From a virus, in IMG/VR virus record IMGVR_UViG_3300011986_000206: 64,000 nt of DNA; one strand, 5' to 3'. The translations under genes and the position numbers were made by a program. Below the pieces are notes generated by a model. That model saw only the letters and a list, made by a program, of their open reading frames with translations, did no database searches and was not told where the DNA came from. Below, piece by piece: positions 60,494-64,000 of the stretch. Numbering within the stretch: the first letter of the stretch is position 1; the number at the start of each line of letters is the position of its first letter.

Positions 60494-62536
60494 TTATTGT
60501 TTTTTCTTTTTAACATTTCTTCTTTTCCTTCTTTTTCCTAATTGTTCAATATAACTTAAAGGAGAATTAAATACAACATCTAATATTAATTCCGAATTTT
60601 TTCTATTTTCAAGAGCCTGTGATTGAGTTTTTTTCTTAACATCTAAAGACTGAGGGTCAATTTCTAAAGAAAGACTATTAAAAGGAAAAGTTTTATCATA
60701 TTGATTTAATAAAGTGATTCCACTAAAGTCCGTAGCTCTAGATAGTGCAACATATCCCAGACCTTTCATAAAAGAAGAAGTTAGGTCACATGTTACATCA
60801 GAAAAAGATTGTCCTTGTGACTTATGTATTGTGATTGCATAAGCCAATTTCATTGGTAATATTTCATAGGCAGCCGTACATGTATAGATTATTTCATAAG
60901 TAGAATTATTATTTTCTGACACTATTTCATGTTTAGTATAATAACCATCAGTAATTAGTTTTGGAGGAATATTAAAAATTTTTCCATCTTTTAACTTAAT
61001 TCCAAAAGGATATTCATGATTAGTATCATAAATCATTGTTCCTATTGTTCCATTTGCTAATACTAAGATGTTTTCTCCACTTTCATCTGGCCATAAATCT
61101 CTTGAATAAAGATTAGAAGTAATCATTACAGTATCATCTTCTTTTATAGAGATTTCATTAGGGCACTTATCTCGTATCATAATCTTTTTACAATTAGTTT
61201 CTTTATCTTCATCTTTAATATTATTATCAGTAATTAAATCAGGTCTTAATTTAGGAATATATATATTTAATTCATTTTTATTTTTTTCTTGTTCTTCTTT
61301 ATTTATTTTTTCAACATTAATATTATAAGGAACAATTAAAGCAGAACCTTTTTTAAACTTATTTTTAGTTTGAGGTAAAGACATTAATAAGTTTTTAACT
61401 TCTTCACTATTCCCTCTTCCTAGCGAAATTTCATTTAAAATATAAGATAATTTCCTATCTTTTGTTCTATATAATTTATCTAAATAACAAACTTTTAATT
61501 TTAATTTTTGCCATCCTTCTGAATCAAATGAGAATTTACTTATTTCTTCTCCATATTTTAGAACATCTTCTTTTTTTGCAACTGGAGGTAATTGACTAAA
61601 ATCTCCACATACTATAACTTGAGCTTTAGATTTTACATCTTCATATCTATTAACAAAGAAATTAAAAAAAGCTTCTGACATCATTGAAATTTCATCTATA
61701 ATAATTACATCTGCTTCTTTTAATTTTTTATCCCCTATTTTCCATCTACTAGGAAACATTTCTAAGTATTTGTCTTTAACTTCATCATAAGGTAGATTAT
61801 AATCTTTTGGTTCACAACATAAAAAAGAATGAATAGTTTTTCCTCCTATATTAGTTGCTGAAATTCCAGTAGTAGAAGTTTTTACAATTTTTAATTTTTC
61901 ATTTATTGCCATTAACATATTAGCATATTGATTTATAACAAATGATTTACCTGAACCTGCTGGTCCAGTTAAAAATACATTTTCACCTTTTATTAAATGT
62001 AAATATGCTTCAGTTTGAGATGTATATTGACAATCATTTATAGATTCTTTTATTGAATTATAATCACCTAATATCCAATCTTGTATTCTTTTGTTTGTAA
62101 GAGTCTCAAATGGTGATATTGGCTTTTTATTATTTATCTTTTCTTCTTTTTTCTTTTTGGCTAATAGATATTTATTTTCTTTTCCTTCTATTGCTTCTTT
62201 ATATCCACTATTGTAACCTACTCTCTTTCCTTTTTTTAATCCTTTAAAGAAAAATTCAAAAGTTTCTAAATTCGGAATTGTAAATTTAGACAAATAAACT
62301 AATATAACTAAAAGCTTTGTTTGACTAGTTAAAGAAAGTTTTTCAATTATATCTTTAAGATTTAAACAAATATTTTTCCAGTCTTTATTGATTATAAGAT
62401 TTTTATATTCATTGTCATATTTTAATTCAGAATATAAAAGTTCTAAAATCAAGTGTTGATTTTTAGAATCTCTAATATTTTCAACAATCTTTTTCCAATC
62501 ATTATTATAATGTTTATATATTTTATTGTTTTCCAT
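60494..62536 (-). CDS. PIF1/RecD-like SF1B helicase
   Basis: GPAGSGKS, IDEISM, GDFSQLPPV, AYAITIHKSQG, YVALSR. Confidence 0.92.
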   Translation of the reverse strand: MENNKIYKHYNNDWKKIVENIRDSKNQHLILELLYSELKYDNEYKNLIINKDWKNICLNLKDIIEKLSLTSQTKLLVILVYLSKFTIPNLETFEFFFKGLKKGKRVGYNSGYKEAIEGKENKYLLAKKKKEEKINNKKPISPFETLTNKRIQDWILGDYNSIKESINDCQYTSQTEAYLHLIKGENVFLTGPAGSGKSFVINQYANMLMAINEKLKIVKTSTTGISATNIGGKTIHSFLCCEPKDYNLPYDEVKDKYLEMFPSRWKIGDKKLKEADVIIIDEISMMSEAFFNFFVNRYEDVKSKAQVIVCGDFSQLPPVAKKEDVLKYGEEISKFSFDSEGWQKLKLKVCYLDKLYRTKDRKLSYILNEISLGRGNSEEVKNLLMSLPQTKNKFKKGSALIVPYNINVEKINKEEQEKNKNELNIYIPKLRPDLITDNNIKDEDKETNCKKIMIRDKCPNEISIKEDDTVMITSNLYSRDLWPDESGENILVLANGTIGTMIYDTNHEYPFGIKLKDGKIFNIPPKLITDGYYTKHEIVSENNNSTYEIIYTCTAAYEILPMKLAYAITIHKSQGQSFSDVTCDLTSSFMKGLGYVALSRATDFSGITLLNQYDKTFPFNSLSLEIDPQSLDVKKKTQSQALENRKNSELILDVVFNSPLSYIEQLGKRRKRRNVKKKKQ

Positions 62537-62572
62537 TATAATTCCTTTTATATAGTTTTCTTTAAAATATTC

Positions 62573-63286
62573 CTAATTTAAAGAAAACTCATGAATAACA
62601 TCTTTTCTCTCAACAATAATATTAGCTTTGATATTATTGTCTTTTAATTTATTTAACAACTCTTGATTAGGATTAATAGCATAAGGATTTCCAACTTTAC
62701 TAAGCATTAAATAATCTCCATTAGTATCTCCATAAGCATAAGAATTAGATAAGTCTATGTTGTAAGATTGTTTAATTCTTTCAATTGTATTTAATTTAGA
62801 AATACTATCCCACATTGGAAGAATGTCTCCAGTGAATATATCATTCTTAGTTAAGTATGTTGAACCAAACCACAAATCAGCATTTAATTCATTAGCAATT
62901 TTATTTACTAGAAAATCAGGCGAACCTGAAATGAAGATTATTTTATGACCTTGTTGTCTATGCCATTCAATTCTGTTCTTTGTATAAATATATAATTTCT
63001 TACTTTCTGTTTCAATTGTTTTTTTGGCCGCAAACTCAACTTCATTAATATTTAATCCAGTAATTGAGGTATGATATGTTTTAATTAATTCATTCATATA
63101 TTCATCATAAGTAATTTCTCTATTCTTCCAAGCAATTTTAAGTGGTTCTAGATGTTTAATTTTATCATAAGAGATAATTTCATATTTAACAAGTTTTTTG
63201 AAATGAGCTGTTAATAAAGAATCTCTAAAAATAGTTCCATCAATATCAAATAAAGCGGCAATATTTTTATTTTGTTTTAGTTCCAT
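62573..63286 (-). CDS. HAD-IB family hydrolase
   Basis: FDIDGT, ISGSP, YGDTNGD. Confidence 0.9.
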   Translation of the reverse strand: MELKQNKNIAALFDIDGTIFRDSLLTAHFKKLVKYEIISYDKIKHLEPLKIAWKNREITYDEYMNELIKTYHTSITGLNINEVEFAAKKTIETESKKLYIYTKNRIEWHRQQGHKIIFISGSPDFLVNKIANELNADLWFGSTYLTKNDIFTGDILPMWDSISKLNTIERIKQSYNIDLSNSYAYGDTNGDYLMLSKVGNPYAINPNQELLNKLKDNNIKANIIVERKDVIHEFSLN

Positions 63287-63374
63287 AAATATACTCCTTT
63301 AAGATTTAATGATTATAGATTTTTAATAAAAAATTTGATATAATTAATTATATCAAAAAATTAAGAGGATTTAA

Positions 63375-64000
63375 ATGACTAAAGAAGAAATTTTAAATAA
63401 ATTAAAAAAAGCGGCAAATGCTTATTATAATGGAGATAATTCTGAATTAACAGATGAAGAATATGATAATCTAAATCAATTTGCAGAATCTCAAGGTTGG
63501 TTAAAAGAAGACGAAACTTTAAATGATGGTGCTACTATTAATTTAGATAATGTTATTCATCATAATGTACCTATGCAATCTTTGAAAAAAGCTAAAACTT
63601 ATGATGAAATTAAAAAATTTTTTAATGATTGTGTTGAAAAGGGAGCAAAGCACTTTGTTATTGAACCTAAATTAGATGGTCAAGCTCTAACAGTTAAATA
63701 TAATGAAGGAAAAGTATCAACTCTTTCTACTAGAGGGAATGGACAAGAAGGAGAAAATGTTACATACATTTTAAATAGTGATGAAGTTGAAATTAAAAAT
63801 ATTGAAGAAAATATTTCATCTAAAAAACAAGATTTAATTGAAATAAGAGGAGAATTAATTTGCACACATGAAGACTTAATCTTTAATAATAAACAACGGG
63901 GAGAAAATTTTAAAAACGAAAGAAATGCCATATCTGGTATTACCAAAAAAGCAAAATTAGGATTGGGATATAAAGCCAAAACTACATTTATTCCTTATTT
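63375..64000 (+). CDS. ligA: NAD-dependent DNA ligase, 5' part (runs off window)
   Basis: AYY...DEEYD, MQSLKK, EPKLDG, TRGNGQEGENVT, EIRGE. Confidence 0.93.
   Translation, partial: MTKEEILNKLKKAANAYYNGDNSELTDEEYDNLNQFAESQGWLKEDETLNDGATINLDNVIHHNVPMQSLKKAKTYDEIKKFFNDCVEKGAKHFVIEPKLDGQALTVKYNEGKVSTLSTRGNGQEGENVTYILNSDEVEIKNIEENISSKKQDLIEIRGELICTHEDLIFNNKQRGENFKNERNAISGITKKAKLGLGYKAKTTFIPY

Noticed and set aside
63680..63979. Minus-strand 99-aa ORF
   Set aside because: Antisense to the clearly recognisable ligA frame, which the track missed because it runs off the window.

Overview
Very AT-rich window (roughly 20-25% GC by eye, standard genetic code) that reads as part of a giant Bacillota-type extrachromosomal element, most plausibly a conjugative megaplasmid with phage-like metabolic genes. 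I saw no virion, rRNA, tRNA or CRISPR features. 1-43.8 kb is an accessory zone of short hypothetical genes, many behind perfect TTGACA-N17-TATAAT promoters. It holds 12 paralogs of a 26-aa helical-repeat protein family, a TnpB-only insertion that splits a small gene with a 12-bp duplication, a decayed IS607 element, and Thg1-like, NUDIX, nucleotidyltransferase and phosphatase genes. 43.8-45.1 kb is a GC-enriched, symmetric, palindrome-rich non-coding region from which genes diverge (candidate oriV/oriT). 45-64 kb is a core zone: Replic_Relax-like protein, PilT-like ATPase with a class 3 intein, HD protein, metallophosphoesterase, NDK, pilin-like/TcpC-like/VirD4-like conjugation genes, a CHAP hydrolase with an apparent ATT start, dNMP kinase, AIM24, PIF1-like helicase, HAD hydrolase and the 5' part of ligA. 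Five copies of an unnamed 82-bp inverted-repeat element are dispersed across both zones. All protein calls come from motif recognition by eye, not database searches.
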